Origin: the human T2T-CHM13v2.0 reference genome, Homo sapiens
Reading direction: 5' to 3' (one strand)
DNA length: 64,000 nucleotides
Assembly: GCF_009914755.1 (NCBI RefSeq)
Contig: NC_060935.1
The notes under the pieces were generated by a model. It was not told where the DNA came from and ran no database searches. It worked only from the letters and a program-made list of their open reading frames with translations. The translations under genes and the position numbers were made by a program. Each line of letters starts with the position of its first letter. Positions within the stretch are counted from its first letter, which is position 1. Below are positions 17,328 through 31,999 of this stretch, piece by piece.

Positions 17328-18869
17328 CTAAATTCAAAGAGGGATAGAAAAGCATTAGGCAGGGAACAGGAAGAAAAAGTTGGCTAACCTTTTGCTCACA
17401 GGGCAGCACTGACAGAATAAATGAATGTCTTCTTTAATGTATTTATAATGGCTTATAGGCAATATGTCAGCACACATAACAAGCAACATGGCATATACTC
17501 TATTCTTCTTATAGCTCAGCAATAGGGAGTTCTGATTCATTAGTTATTCTTAATAATGGAGTAAAGTGCTACAAGAATTACAAAGCTAACACTATAAAAA
17601 TTAGTGAATATTTCAGACTCTCCAAGTCTTTTGCTGTCACAGGGCCATAATTATGAATATCAAGTTTTATTACTTCATTAAGTTATTTTCCTAATTTTAG
17701 TAATAAGGTAACTGAGGCCCAGAGAGATTTTAGAGTATCACTTTAGGTCATATAAGAAGAAGGTGGCACTACTGAGATACAAGACGAAGATTGGGTACCT
17801 GTATATATAGTACATTGTCTTTCAACGACATCATTTTACTCTTATATAAACTGACGCGGCTGGAAAAATATATCATGAACAACTGTTGATGTGCTTGCAA
17901 AGTCTATTTTGTCTGACAAAAGAAATCTATAATAGTGTGGCTCTACATCTGTCTCCCTGTTACAACAATGCTTAGCATCACACTGTGCTTTGGATTCATT
18001 CCAAGCAAGTGCCATCACCTTTGCTTGATAAATGTGCTCAGCAATCTCAGTCAAGTCAAAGAATTATTAATCCTTTGCTTTTTCTAGCCAACTTCCTCTT
18101 CAACCTTCTTTCCTACTTGCTAAATGCCTTAGTCAATTCTAGCATGCTCCTACACTATTTATAAACACAATCGATAATTTATAACAATGGCAATGCTTTA
18201 TTTTTTAAAATGAGTCCTTAAAGTGAAATTCTGATAGATTATAATATTCATCTCCTGAGATTTCCCTTTTGTGGGAAATCCATATCGATTTTCAACCACA
18301 GCAACATGTGGGACTAAATGCTATACAGAATGCTCACTGTGGTCAACAGATGACAGTGTAGAAGCAAGAAAAAGAAAAATTGCCTGGGTCCCTATCTTAG
18401 TTAGAAGTAAAGGAAAAAACTTGATAAACTATGGTTTTCAACCATGGAGTCTTACAAATTTGTTCATGTAATATACCAGATGAATCGGTTTAGATGGAAA
18501 TAGTCATTATTTAGGCAGAGGTGTATCACTATTCCTTTGGAAAGATTCAATGTGTTGCACCAGCAAAAACTGTCAGCATAAAAGCACTGATGAAGTTAAG
18601 AGCAGCAAAACGAATGCTCTCCATGGCCTCACTGCATGACAACCAATGGAACTTGCAATGTAAACTCACCACAGGCTCTCCCTCCTAAGCAGTCCCAACA
18701 ATTGATTTTCTTGAAGAATGTACTGAGAGAAAAATTCAGTACTATGATTTGTAACTATTAATTTATACTTAAAATACATTTTAAAATAATAAAAAAAATG
18801 AAAAAGAACCATTATAAATTGTGATAGGAAGAAAGAGAGGAAGGGAGATACCCTTCATCCATGTTCTTC

Positions 18870-19215
18870 TCTCAGTGTAACACCCTCTTCTCTTTATCCC
18901 TTCTCCTAGTTAATAGCTGTTTGCCCTTCCAGTCTCAGTTTAAATGTAACTTCCTTTGGGAAGTCTTTCACCGTCACCACCAAGCCAACCCCCAAACTCA
19001 ATCAAGTTATTCTTTGTTAGTTGTTCTTGGTTCCAGCACTTTTCTTTTAATTATAAATATTTTAATGTAATTGTTTATTAACATCTGTCCCTCTCACTAT
19101 AGTGAAAGCTCCATGAAGGCAGGGGTGTATGTCTTGCTATTGCAAGGACCTAGCAAATAAAGAATGGTTACAATAATATATGTTGAAGGAGTAAATAAAT
19201 GAATGGATGAATGTA
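18870..19215 (+). mobile_element. L2 3' fragment
   Basis: aagctccatgaaggcagggg...aaataaatgaatggatgaatg. Confidence 0.6.
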
Positions 19216-19349
19216 TTAACTATGAAGACTGTACAATAAAAAGACAAATCCTTTCATTAAAAAGATAGTTTAAAAAGAGACCTTTAGAGTTTAGCAGATT
19301 TATAGCAGGGAAACATATCCTGAACACTGATATACCATGAAAAGCACAG

Positions 19350-19530
19350 AATTCAGTCACCAGTCAGAAGACCTAAGTTCAAGTTCTAGTTTTAACAAAA
19401 TAATCATAAGTAGCACACTTCACTATACTTTCATTTCCTCAACTGGCAAATGGAGAAATAACAAAAATACCTGCACCACTTACCTCACAGGGCTATTTTA
19501 AAAATTAAATGCAAATGATATGAAAATTCA
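19350..19530 (+). mobile_element. MIR
   Basis: catttcctcaactggcaaatgg...cttacctcacaggg. Confidence 0.55.
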
Positions 19531-19653
19531 TGATACACAGATTCTTTTAAATGAATACATAGTAACAGCAGCAGAATTGTAACAAATAGAAGCACTTCTT
19601 GTTAACATAATAGTGGTACTCCCAATGGTAGTGGTGTTTTTCATTCCAATTAA

Positions 19654-19960
<307 letters not shown>

Positions 19961-20018
19961 AAAAATTTTATTTCACCAGGTTTCATATGAAGCAATTGTG
20001 AAGGATAAGAAAAGTATC

Positions 20019-20327
20019 AGCCAGCGTGGTGGCTCAAGCCTGTAATCCCAGCACTCTGGGAGGCCAAGGTGGGCAGACTGCCTGAGGTCAGGAGTTCGTG
20101 ACCAGCCTGGCCAACACGGTGAAATCCCGTCTCTACTGAAAATACAAAAATTAGCCAGGCGTTGTGGCTGGCACCTGTAACCCCACCAGCTACTCAGGAG
20201 ACTGAGGCAGGAGACTCGCTTGAACTGGAAGGCGGAGGTTGCAGTGAGCCGAGATAGTGCCACTGCACTCCGGCCTGGGCAAGAGAGTAAGACTCCAACT
20301 CCAAAAAAAAAAAAAAAAAAAAAAAAA
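20019..20327 (+). mobile_element. AluS
   Basis: Dimer with A25 tail. Confidence 0.92.
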
Positions 20328-20359
20328 GGATATCAAGCATATACGGTACTTTGCCATTC

Positions 20360-20560
20360 TACATATCACATGGTAAGTACTACGTTATGTATTTTACATT
20401 TATCATATCATTTAATCCTCATCGTAATTCTGTAAGATAGGTATTATTCCCATTTTACAGAGGAGAAAATTGAGGCTCAGAAGGTTGTGAAATTTTTCTA
20501 AGGCTACTCACCAGGAAATAGCACCTCCATGGTCATAACCTAGATTCTGCCATTACTAAT
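20360..20560 (-). mobile_element. MIR
   Basis: cccattttacagaggagaaaattgaggctcaga core. Confidence 0.75.
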
Positions 20561-21829
20561 AACTACTGCTTTGCTCCCATCCCAAGTTCAATCTTCTGAT
20601 TTCTGACTAACACCTCCTGATTCTACTCAAACCCTTTAGAATTCTGACTCTAACAGTTACTCAGTCCTATAAGAACCCACAATCCATTTGGTCCTACCCC
20701 CTTTCCATTGTCTCTTGCCCCTCTCATAATCTCCCTTTTCAGTTCATTACCCAGCTTAGGTTTCATGGTCTATCCTTATAATCACTCCCTTATGTATGCC
20801 CTTTTTACCCTTGCCTCTTTCTCTTTCCACCTTTATAACCTACAAGCTCCTACCTTGGTTAAATCTAAAACTGTTTACATCACATCAAAGTATATGGCAG
20901 AATGTGGCTGGAGAAAAAGATAATTACGTTGCCTGGTAGCATTTTAAATTGATGTCAAATAAATGCTAGTAACCCCTTAGTGCTACCCAGCAAGGGTACT
21001 ACATTTCCTTAATCCATTCTTCACCCACCCTTCTACACAATTATTTCCCAAGTTCTCTCTTCTCAAACCTCTAATACGACCACACTTTCAGCCAACAGTG
21101 GCACTATCAGAAGGCAATGTCCACATGTTCCCACCACATTTGCCAAACTCCTTGTCTCTGCACCCATACATTATGCCAATCCTCCTATTACTTGCACGAA
21201 CTACCTGTGCTCTGAAGGCCAACTCCTCACATTTACACTATGTTACACAACCTCTCACTCAAGAATATCAATTCAAAAATCTACAATGTCAGTTTTTCCA
21301 TCTCTACTGGAGCATTCTTATGAGCAAACATGCTATAATATCTCCATTTGAAAAATCTCCATCAAACCTCCATTTCTCACCAGCTGCCACCCTAATGTCT
21401 GCTCTCTTTTATAGAAAAACTCCTTGAAAGAATTGTCTAAAATTACTGTTTCTACTTTCTCTCATCTGGGTCTCTCAATTCTATCCAAATCAGACTTTAG
21501 TGTCTACCACTCTTCTGAAATTGCTTGCCAAAGTCATCAAAGATCTTCCTATGGCTAGTCCAAATAGTTCAAGTCTTGATTCTATTACTCGACCTATCAG
21601 CAACACTGACCTAGTTTATCCTTCTTGAAATGTTTTCTTCACTTGGCTTCCAGGACATCACTCTCCCTTGGTCTACTCCCACCTCACCAGCCATTCTTTA
21701 GTCTCCTTTGCCGGTTCCGCTTCATCTCACTGTCCCATAAATACTGGAGTGCCCTCAAGTCAGACCCCAGGCTTCTTCTCTTCTCTAACTACATTCACTC
21801 TGTTGAAAATTGTTTTTAAATTTTTATTT

Positions 21830-21996
21830 TATTTTTATTATTTCTTTTTTGAGATAAGGTCTTGCTCTGCCACTCAGGTGGTAGTGCAGTGGCACAGTCA
21901 TAGCTGACTGTAGCCTCAAACGCCTGGGCTCAAGCAATCCTCCTACCTCAGCCTCCAAAGTGCTAGAATTTCAGGTGTGAGCCACTGCACCAGGCC
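21830..21996 (-). mobile_element. Alu monomer (FAM/FRAM-like)
   Basis: Single arm of about 165 bp with T-rich tail. Confidence 0.75.
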
Positions 21997-22093
21997 TACA
22001 TTCACTCTTTAGATGATCTCATTCTACAGATGGTTTTAAAGCCATCCGGTCTCATGGCTTTAAAGAGTATCAATATCCTGACTATTCCTAAAC

Positions 22094-22398
22094 TTTTTTT
22101 TTTTTTTTTTTTTTAAAGAGGCAGGGTCTTGTTCTGTTGCTCAGGCTGGAGTGCATGGCATGATCACAGCTTACTACAGCCTCGAACCCCTGGACTCAAG
22201 TGGTCCTCCCGCCTCAGCCTCCCAAGTAACTGGGCCTACAGGCATGAGCCACTGCATGTGGCTATTTTTTTTTTTAAATAAAAATAGTATCTCACTTTGT
22301 TGCTTAATCTGCATCTTGAACTCCTGGCTTTGAGCCATCCTCCTGCCTTAGCCTCCTAAAGTTCTGGGATTACATACATGAACCACTACTCTCAGCCC
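22094..22398 (-). mobile_element. AluJ
   Basis: Reverse diverged dimer with poly-T. Confidence 0.88.
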
Positions 22399-23529
22399 AA
22401 TTCCTGAATTTTTAATTCCTGCCCAGACACCTTCCCTAAACCCTAACTGCCTGTTCAACATATCCAACTTGGATATTTAGTAGGCACCTTTACACCTAAC
22501 ATGTACAAAACTAAATTCTTGATTTCCCTAAAATCTGTTCTGGCAATCTATCTATTCCATCTCACTGACAGCAACTCAAACCTTCTAGTAGTTGGCTCAA
22601 ACCCAAAGCCCTGGAATCATCATTGATTCCTCATTTGTCTATCATATCTGCTCCATCAAGAAATCCTGTTTGCTAGACTTAAAAAATACCATGGAATTTA
22701 ATTACTGCCAGTCTCCTCCACTGTGACTACCCCGCTTTGAGCCACCCTCACCTTATGCCTAGATTACTGCAACAGTCTCCTACCTGCCCTCTCTGCTTCT
22801 GCCTTGTCCCCCAACACCTGTGCTCTGCACATTACAGCAATTGCTGCGCAATCACTTCTTGGCCCTCTGTATTCTCCCTACTATGCTTACTGCTCTTACC
22901 GCCAATTGGCATATATGTTTAATTATTCACTTGTTTACTGTTTGTCTTCCCTCATTAGAATGTAGGCTCCATGCAGCAGAAGCTCTGTTTCATTCACTGT
23001 TGTATGTTCGGCACAGGGTATGGCATAGCAGGCACTCAATACATATTTACTGGAGGAGGAGAGGAAGGAATGATGGAGCCTAGATTTGAAACCAAATGTG
23101 TCTGGCTCCCAAACCTCTGTCTTTTGCTGACACAAGATTGTTCTTAGTCTCAGTAACAATGCTGAACATTAAAAAGGGCCTCTTCATTCTGATATAGTTT
23201 ATACCAAGACTTATGTATCCTAAGTCCTTTGTACACATCATCTACTATTTTTGTCTCCTATCTTCTGTACCATTATTTTCTTATCATTTTTGTTAAAAGG
23301 ACTAACCTTTTAAACTAAAATATATGTATCTTACGATTTTATATCACTATTCTAACTGAAAAATACTTGCCATAATAATTAGGTTATAACTAGTAAAATA
23401 CAAAACCATTCATCCATATACCACCTAAGTTCATGCTGTGAACGATTTCTTTTATGAATATCATATAAGATATCTAGGAAAACCTAGAAAACTTTACCAG
23501 AAGAAATTTCTCATTAAGAAATAAATCAA

Positions 23530-23855
23530 GGCTGGGCACAGTGGCTCACGCATGTAATCCCAGCATTTTGGGAGGCTGAGGCAGAAGGATTGCTTGAGGC
23601 CAGGAGTTTGAGATCAGCCTGGGCAATATAACAAAACCTCATCTCTACAAAAAAAATTTTAAAATTAGCCAAGCATGGTGGTAGTGGTGGCTATGCAGGA
23701 GGTGATGTGGAAGGATCACTTGGATCCAAGAGTTTGAGGCTACAGTGAGCCACTTCACTCCAGCTTGGGTGCAAAAGTGAGACCCTGTTTTGAAAGAAAG
23801 GAAAGAAGAAAGAAAAAAGGGGGGAAAAAGAGAAAGGAAAAGAAAAGAAAGAAAT
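23530..23855 (+). mobile_element. AluJ with purine-rich (GAAA) tail
   Basis: Diverged dimer; TSD-like aaatcaag. Confidence 0.85.
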
Positions 23856-23879
23856 CAAGAAATTCTTAACAAGATCTTA

Positions 23880-24160
23880 AGTGTGGAAGAGGTCACACAA
23901 AGCTACAAATGTGGTAAAACTGCACAGAACTCAATATGCACACACATACACACAAATGAATGTGTATAAAACTAACGAATTCTGAATTAAGTTGGATGAC
24001 TGTATCAGTATCAATTTCTTGGTTGTGATATTGTACTACAGTTATGCAAGATATTACCACTGGGAGAACTGGGTGGGGAATGTAAGAGCACTCTTTGTAT
24101 TTATTATTTCTGACGACTATGTGTGGCTACAATTATCTCAAAGTAAAAAGTGTTTAAGAT
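23880..24160 (+). mobile_element. L1ME/L1MC 3' fragment
   Basis: ggttgtgatattgtactacagttatgcaagatattaccactgggagaactgggt motif. Confidence 0.65.
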
Positions 24161-24253
24161 ATAACAAACAAAACCACAGGTCTTCCCTAGGCTTAGAAAT
24201 ACACCTTTCTACTGGCATCACATCTCAAGACAACTCAGGACAATGTGATTAAG

Positions 24254-24550
<297 letters not shown>

Positions 24551-25404
24551 TTAAGTTCATAACCTAAGAATAATTTATATAATAACTAGTAACAAGAAGA
24601 ATGGTGTTTTAATAAATGTTCATACATGGTTGTTATTGGTAGTAGAAAGGGAGAATATCCTAAGCCTGGGTAACAGAAATAAAGACAAGGAAAAAGACTG
24701 CTTTCAGTCCAGTGGAGGTGTTGATAAGAACTGAAACACAACTGCAACTGAGGTGCCCAAAGGTTGGAAAACCAAGGATGAAAGCAGAAATGGCCAGAGG
24801 TAAGTAGAGAGATAATTTGGTGCCAGGTTTCTTCATGGTTTTGAATATCATGAAAAGAAATTTAAATTTATCCCATCGGCAAGGAAAAACAATAGAAGAT
24901 TTTCAAGCAGGGGAGTGACAGTAGGCCTGTTTTACAAAGATATAAAGATATAGTTTGTGTCATTATAGCAGATGGAATTGTGAAAGAAATCACATGCAAA
25001 CAAGCAGCTACTTAACATTTCAGATATGAAGAGATCTACAAAGAAGGTAAAATTAGAGGCAGCTTTTTGTTTCCCAAGTTGAAAAGTTAATAAAAATATA
25101 TTATTATTACCAGTTCATAGTCAAGATTTAAAGACAAGAATATAAATAAGCTTACTTAAAAGTCATTAGAGAGCTGAGGGATTTTTGAGAAGCATTTACA
25201 TAGAAAGGAATGAAAACCTGTTCTCAAATTTAAAAAAAAAAAAGGTCCAAGAGAAAGTAGTGTTACAAAAGTCTAATGCAAATTGAGGTTTTAATGACAT
25301 TAAATGCTGCATGTATCATCAGATAGGCAAACAATTTAAAAGACGGATTACATGCACTGTTGGTAAAAAATAAAAACAAAGGGACAATTTAAAATCATAC
25401 TACA

Positions 25405-25722
<318 letters not shown>

Positions 25723-25763
25723 TTATACAGTTTATGGGGAACAACTTCCAATATTAATATTTT

Positions 25764-28160
25764 AGGGCCAGTCTAGTAGTGATGAATTCCCTAACCTTTT
25801 GCTTGTCTGGGAAAGAATTTACTTCTCCTTCATTTATGAAGGATAATTTTGCTGAATACAGTACCCTTGGTTGGTAGTTTTTTTTTTCTTTCAGTACTTT
25901 GAATATATCATACCATTCTCTCTTGGCCTGTAAAGGTTTCTGCTGAGAAATCTGCTAGTAGTCTCATAGCAGTTCCTTGACAGGTTACTGCATGCTTTTT
26001 TTCTTGCTGTTTTTTGAATTCTCTCTTTGTCTTTGATGTTAGATAGTTTGACTATAATGTACCATGGAGAATGCCTTTTTGCATTTCATCTGCCTGGGGG
26101 GGTCTCAGAGCCTCCAGTATCTGGATGTCTAAATCTCGTTAGACTTGGGAAGTTTTTGTCTATTATTTCATCAAATAGATTTTTCTAACCTTCCCTTCCC
26201 TCTTTGCCATCTGGGAAACCAATAATATGTGTATTTGGTCACTTTATGTTGTCCCATATATCACAAAGGCTTTGTTAATTCTTTCTTATTTTTCTTCTTT
26301 TTGACTGCTTGGGTTATTTCATAGGACCTGTCTTCAAGTTTTGAGATCTTCTCTTTTGCTTGATCTAGTCTATTGTTGAAGCTTTCAAATGTATTTTGTA
26401 TTTCATTCAATGAATTCTTCCATTACAGAATTTCTGTTTGGTTCTTTTTTATATCTCTCTTTGGTAAATTTCTCATTCATATCCTGAATTGTTTTTCTGA
26501 TTTCTCTGTACTGTTTTTCAGAATTTTCTTGTATCTCATTGAGCTTCTTTAATATCAACATTTTGAATTCTTTTTCCAGGATTTTGTAAATTTGTTTTTT
26601 ATTGGGATCTGTTACTAGAGAATTATGTTATTCCTTTGGAGTTATATTTCCTTGCTTTTTCATGTTTCCTACATTGATAACTGCACATCTGATGTGATAG
26701 TCACTTCTTCCAGTTTTTTGAATTTGCTTCTGTAGGGAATGTTTTCCTGAAGATAGATCTATGGTGTTGTTTGGTAGGGCCCTTTGGCCTTGATTCTGGG
26801 TGCTTGCAGTGGTACGGTATCTGTACGATTTCTTTGGCTATGAACAGTGTCAGTGGTGTTTGTAATTTATTCAGTGGTTTCAGGTGCAGTTATTAGTGGG
26901 GCCTGTGGTAAAGTTTTGCTGAGGACTGGGGCACCAGGTAGGCCAGTCTTTGAGCCCCAGTAGAGGCAGTGGTGAGTTGGCACTAGTAGTCCAGGTGGGC
27001 CAATTCTTGGCCTTCAGGTGGCTTACTCAGATGCTGGTAGTGGCAGCAGTGAGCTGGGTGGGTGGGCAGATTCTTGGGCCTCTGGGCAGCTGGCATAAAA
27101 CAGCAGTGGCAGTGATGGGATAATCTTCTGGGTCTTGAGCAGTGTATGCTGGTGTTGGTGGTGGCTGTGAGGGGGTGGGCAGCTCAGTCTCCAAGCCTGC
27201 AGGTGCCATGTGCAGGTAGGTGTCAGCTGTGATTGTAGTGGCAGGGGTGGGTAGAACCAACCTCAGGCCCCCTAGAGGAGTATTCAGGTGCCAATGGTGG
27301 TAGAATGTGCTGGGCAATCTCCTGGACCCTAGCCTGTGTGCTCTGGCATGGAGTAGGGATATGAAGTCAGGCTGGGGTGGCTTGCCCTCAGGCTCTCAAC
27401 AATATGTGCAGGTGCCAGCCATGGTAGGCAGGGGCAGGCTGATCCCTAGGCCACTGGCAGAATGCTCAGGTGGGAGGCAGTAGTGGCTGCACTGCTGCCC
27501 TGCCACTGGAAAAGGGAGGGCTACCTTCTGAGCTGGAAGCCTAGGCTAGCAGGTGGGGAACATGTGCACCACCTAGGCTAGCAGGTGGGGAATACTTGCC
27601 CCAGCACCACTCGCTCCCCAGCAGCACTTACACTGCTAACCTAACAGTGTTAACCCACAGCTTGGCCCCAAGGGCAGCAGCTCACACTTCTCTTGTGGTT
27701 TAGCCCTAGTGATGCTGGACCCCAGGACAGTGCACAGTCTGTTGGGGGCAGGGCTCTAAAATAGTGCCTTGCTGCAGTTGCTTAGTTCTCAGAGCGTGTG
27801 TGGGACCCAGCATGAGCTCCCTTCTTGGTGTAGTGCCATCACACAATCTCCTGGCAGCTCCCTATCTTAGTTTCAAGGCCCAGGAAGGTTGAAGGGCTCT
27901 TCCATGGCCAGCACTACAGAAGTCTACAGTGGGAATGTGGACCAATGGGGGTCTCTCTTGGCTCCTGACTAATCCCACCTGAACAGGCTACCTTGTTTCC
28001 CTTTCCTTTTTAACTTTAGGTATTTCCTGTCACTTTTCTGTTGAATTCCAGTGTTCTCTTGGATGATCTAGTCAACATGTGATTATTCACTCACTAGTTT
28101 GGTTCTTCTTAGTGGAGGAGGTACGAAGTGCCCCTAGTCAGCCACCTTGAAGACCCTCCC
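25764..28160 (-). mobile_element. Old L1 (L1PB/L1M-type), 5'UTR plus ORF1 only, 3'-truncated, TSD-flanked
   Basis: Right end reads gggagggtcttcaaggtggctgactag (L1 5' terminus); left end encodes the ORF1p C-terminus (...SFPDKQKVREFITTRLAL); TSD tccaatatYaaYatttt at 25747-25763 and 28161-28177. Confidence 0.85.
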
Positions 28161-28177
28161 TCCAATATCAACATTTT

Positions 28178-28660
28178 AAATATATAAACCCTTTGATCCA
28201 GCATTTCTCCCTCTAAGAATTTACCCTACAGATACACTTTCAGTGTACAAAAATATACTTATGTTCATACAGAACTTATTCACTGCATTATTTGAAATAC
28301 TAATAAACTAAATAACTACAAATAGGGATGTGGATAACAAAAGTATAGTTCATCAATACTATGGCACTAAAGCAGGCATTAAAAAGAATGAGGGACCAGA
28401 ACATACTGACATGAAGGGATTTCTAAAATAGACTCCTTAAGTGTGTGGGCGGGGAGCAAGGGTGTTACAGACTGCATGTATATAATAATTGCAGTTCTGT
28501 TAGAAACAACAAAACTATGTATGCCCATGTGTGAATCACACAGAAAAAAATGTGAAAGAAAAGACCACACACTTGTAATAGCAATTACCCTAGGGGAGCA
28601 GAAATGTGAATGGAAGATGCTTGGGAAATGATATTCTTTATACTCCTGTACTGTTTACCT
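28178..28660 (+). mobile_element. L1ME 3' remnant (host of the 25764-28160 insertion)
   Basis: ccctttgatccagcatttctccctctaagaatttaccctacag. Confidence 0.65.
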
Positions 28661-28789
28661 ACTTGATAAAAAACATGTATTACTTGGATAAGAATTTAAA
28701 ACTACCAATGCAAATATAAATACGAAAAAGTTAAATGGAAAATTTTAAATAACAAAACTAAAATAAGCTCCAAATAAACAAAAACACTG

Positions 28790-29735
28790 GCAATTGTTCT
28801 CAGCCTCAATCCTGATCTTTCTATTGTCTTTTTCACAATAGCACCACCATCCTCTCAGTTGCCTAAATGAAAACACCTGGGAGTCATTGTATAATTCTTC
28901 ATCTCTCTCCCCCTGCTTCATTCATTCAGTCAGTAAATATTTATCAAGTGCTTTCAATGTTGCAAGAGCTATTTTAAATATGAAGAAAACTGTTTATATA
29001 TGTAATTTGTCTCAGAACAAATTTGACAAACACAAAAAACAAAACTCTGCCAAATCATTTGCAAGTCCTCTGGCTTAAGTCTTCTAAATATCTCTGAAAT
29101 CTTCCCTACAACTTGATTTCTGCTACAATTTCCTTGGTTCAAATATGAGATGATGAGGAATTAAATTCCTGCCATTCTATCCTTTCTGAAGTCTTCCTCA
29201 CACCCCTCGAATCCACCTTTACACTATCATTAAAGTAAAGATGATAATGTGATTCCTCTCATGGAAACATTTCAACACCTCCATTACGTTCTGAATAAAA
29301 AAGCAAACTCTATACTGTGATATGTAAAGTCCTTTTATGATGCCTACCTATGATGTATCCTTAATCTCCACCACTCCAGTTAACCTCTAACCCACATACT
29401 TCACAGCAACCCTACTGAACTGTTACCTAACAGTCACATTTTCTCATGCTCCATGCCTGGAAGGGGTTATTTTCACTTAGAATTTCTTTTACCAAACTGT
29501 CTGCCTGGAAAACTCCTGCACATTCTTTAAGACCTGGCTCTACAAGCCCAGGTTTTCTTCTATGGCTCCAGTGCCCCTCTCCTACTACCCAATTCTGCAA
29601 CTATTTATAGTGGCTATCTCCTGTATGCTTACAAAGGACAGACAACATATCTTCTAGCCTCTCTAATCCTAAGGTCTACTTTAACCGCTGACATGTAGTA
29701 GGTATTTCATATGTATCCTATGAATAAGAAAGAAA
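28790..29735 (+). mobile_element. L2 remnants
   Basis: accaccatcctctcagttgcc...cctgggagtcatt; 3' end acatgtagtaggtatttcat. Confidence 0.55.
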
Positions 29736-29759
29736 GAATAAATGTGTGTTTAAATAGCT

Positions 29760-29905
29760 ATCTGACCTTGAGTAAGACATATAACCTGAGACCTGGTTTC
29801 CTATAGTATAAAATGAGAATTATTATATCTACCTCACAGAGCTGTTCTGATAATCATGGGAAATGAGTTCTTAGCACAGTGTCTGCCACATAGTAAATAT
29901 TTTGT
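29760..29905 (+). mobile_element. MIR
   Basis: tgaccttgagtaag...taaaatgag...ctacctcacag. Confidence 0.65.
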
Positions 29906-30023
29906 ATATCTTGGCTTGCAATACTTTTTTAAATTAGGGTTTATAAGCTAGCCTAGGAGCATAGCTTTTTAATCCTTATTTCTTTGGTAACCTGAATCCT
30001 GAATTTTAAATAAACTTGGAATA

Positions 30024-30103
30024 TAACTCCTGGCCTCAAGCAATCCTCCCATCTTAGCCTCCTAAAGCACTGGGATTGCAGGCATGAGCCACCATGCCCA
30101 GCC
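30024..30103 (-). mobile_element. Alu/FLAM 5' fragment
   Basis: 80 bp of left-arm start. Confidence 0.75.
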
Positions 30104-30311
30104 TAACTATCTATAAGTTGGATCCTTCTTTACTGCAAGCAATCTTCTTCTTAGGCTGATTTCCTTATACCAGCAACACTGAACATCCCATGCTCACTGT
30201 CACCTCAAGGTTTTGTTCTACTTGCCTCTCTTGCCTAGAATTTCATCTCTCCTCTCTTCCTCCTTAGCTGAATTTTGCAGATACAGAAAATCCTTAAGAA
30301 AATCTGTGTGG

Positions 30312-30603
30312 TTTCTTTTTTTTTTTTTTTTTTTTTTTGGGAGACAGAGTCTCACTCTGTCACCCAGGCTGGAGGGTAGTGGTGCATTCATAGCTCACTG
30401 CAGCCTTCAACTCCTGGGCTCAAGCGATCGTCCTGCCTTAGCCTCCTGAGTAGCTGGGACTACATGCACGTACCACCACACCCAGCTAATGTATTTTTTT
30501 GTAGAGATGGAGTATCACTATACTGCCCAGTCTAGTCTTGAACTACTTGCCTCAAGTGATCCTTCCACCTCGGCCTCCCAAAGTGCTAGGATTACAGGCA
30601 TGA
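30312..30603 (-). mobile_element. AluJ
   Basis: Reverse dimer with poly-T, slightly 5'-truncated. Confidence 0.88.
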
Positions 30604-31039
30604 AGAAAATCTATTAATATTTTTATTTCCTGTTTTGCTTTAATATGCTCTATTGCAATCATACTGTTCTATTATTTATTGCTCTCAAGACACCTTCCAT
30701 GATATCAGTAGGCCACTGTGAAGAATTATTAGGGCTTCTTATCATATATCCTTCAGTTTTCTAGCTTCATTGCCACATTCTTAAGAAATCATCTGATGTC
30801 AATCATCACTGACAATTCAACAGCTTGATTTCGTATTCAGACTCTAAACCATGCGCTTCAATACTAAGTTCTCAATTACCCTGGATTCTCTGCTATTGTT
30901 TGAAGGGTATTTGGTCATAATCCTAACCAGACTGCAAGCTCTGAGGTCACTGACTTCTGGGTCCTTCAACACAAAGGACAACTCCTGAGCGTAAAAGATA
31001 ATAAATACTTCCAAATTGACCTCAAAAAAGAAATCAAAT

Positions 31040-31350
<311 letters not shown>

Positions 31351-31399
31351 TAAACAAACATATACTTTTAAGATATCAGTAGGTCACTGAGGACACAAT

Positions 31400-31665
31400 C
31401 TGTATTCCATTCTCATCCACCTTCATTACAATTCGTATGTGGGATATTAACTAGCCACGTCTAAATCTTTTGTTTATATTCAAAAATACAAACACATATA
31501 TTTTTCTAAAATAAGTATTATGCTAAAAAGAAGCTCCTTTCCTTACAATACATTAGAAAGTTTCCCCCCTAGTCTCACAAAAACCCCATCTTTCCATATT
31601 TAGAATTTATTTCAAAAGTATCAGTGAAGATGGCAGAACATATACAATCTTGTTTCATCACCGTC
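31400..31665 (-). repeat. Diverged local duplicate of exon 4 and its upstream intron
   Basis: Collinear similarity to 32000-32195 plus 32555-32598 (see findings). Confidence 0.75.
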
Positions 31666-31999
31666 ACAATAATGTGTTTCATCATAGGTCACTCAGCAAT
31701 TTGTGTTCCATTGTCACCTGCCTTCTTTAAGTTTCAATTGGGGGTATAATTAATTATATAAAATATAATCTTGGCTTATATAAGACATGAAAATGATCTA
31801 TTTTATATAGATTACAATCTATTTTAGATTATTTAATGTTATAAAACATTAAAATTTTGATAATTTTGAAATTATATCCGAAAACACAGCAGAGGAAAGA
31901 AGTAATTCTTTTAAAAACTAGAGTGTTACATTATCTATATGTAACATAGCTTTAAGTAAAACCGTTTCTAAAGAAAATAGGCAAAAACTACTAATTTAC

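Larger units (their letters stand above)
20640..23055 (+). mobile_element. Long L2 remnant interrupted by Alus
   Basis: Pyrimidine-rich L2 body and 3' end tagaatgtaggctcc...ggcactcaatacatattt. Confidence 0.7.
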
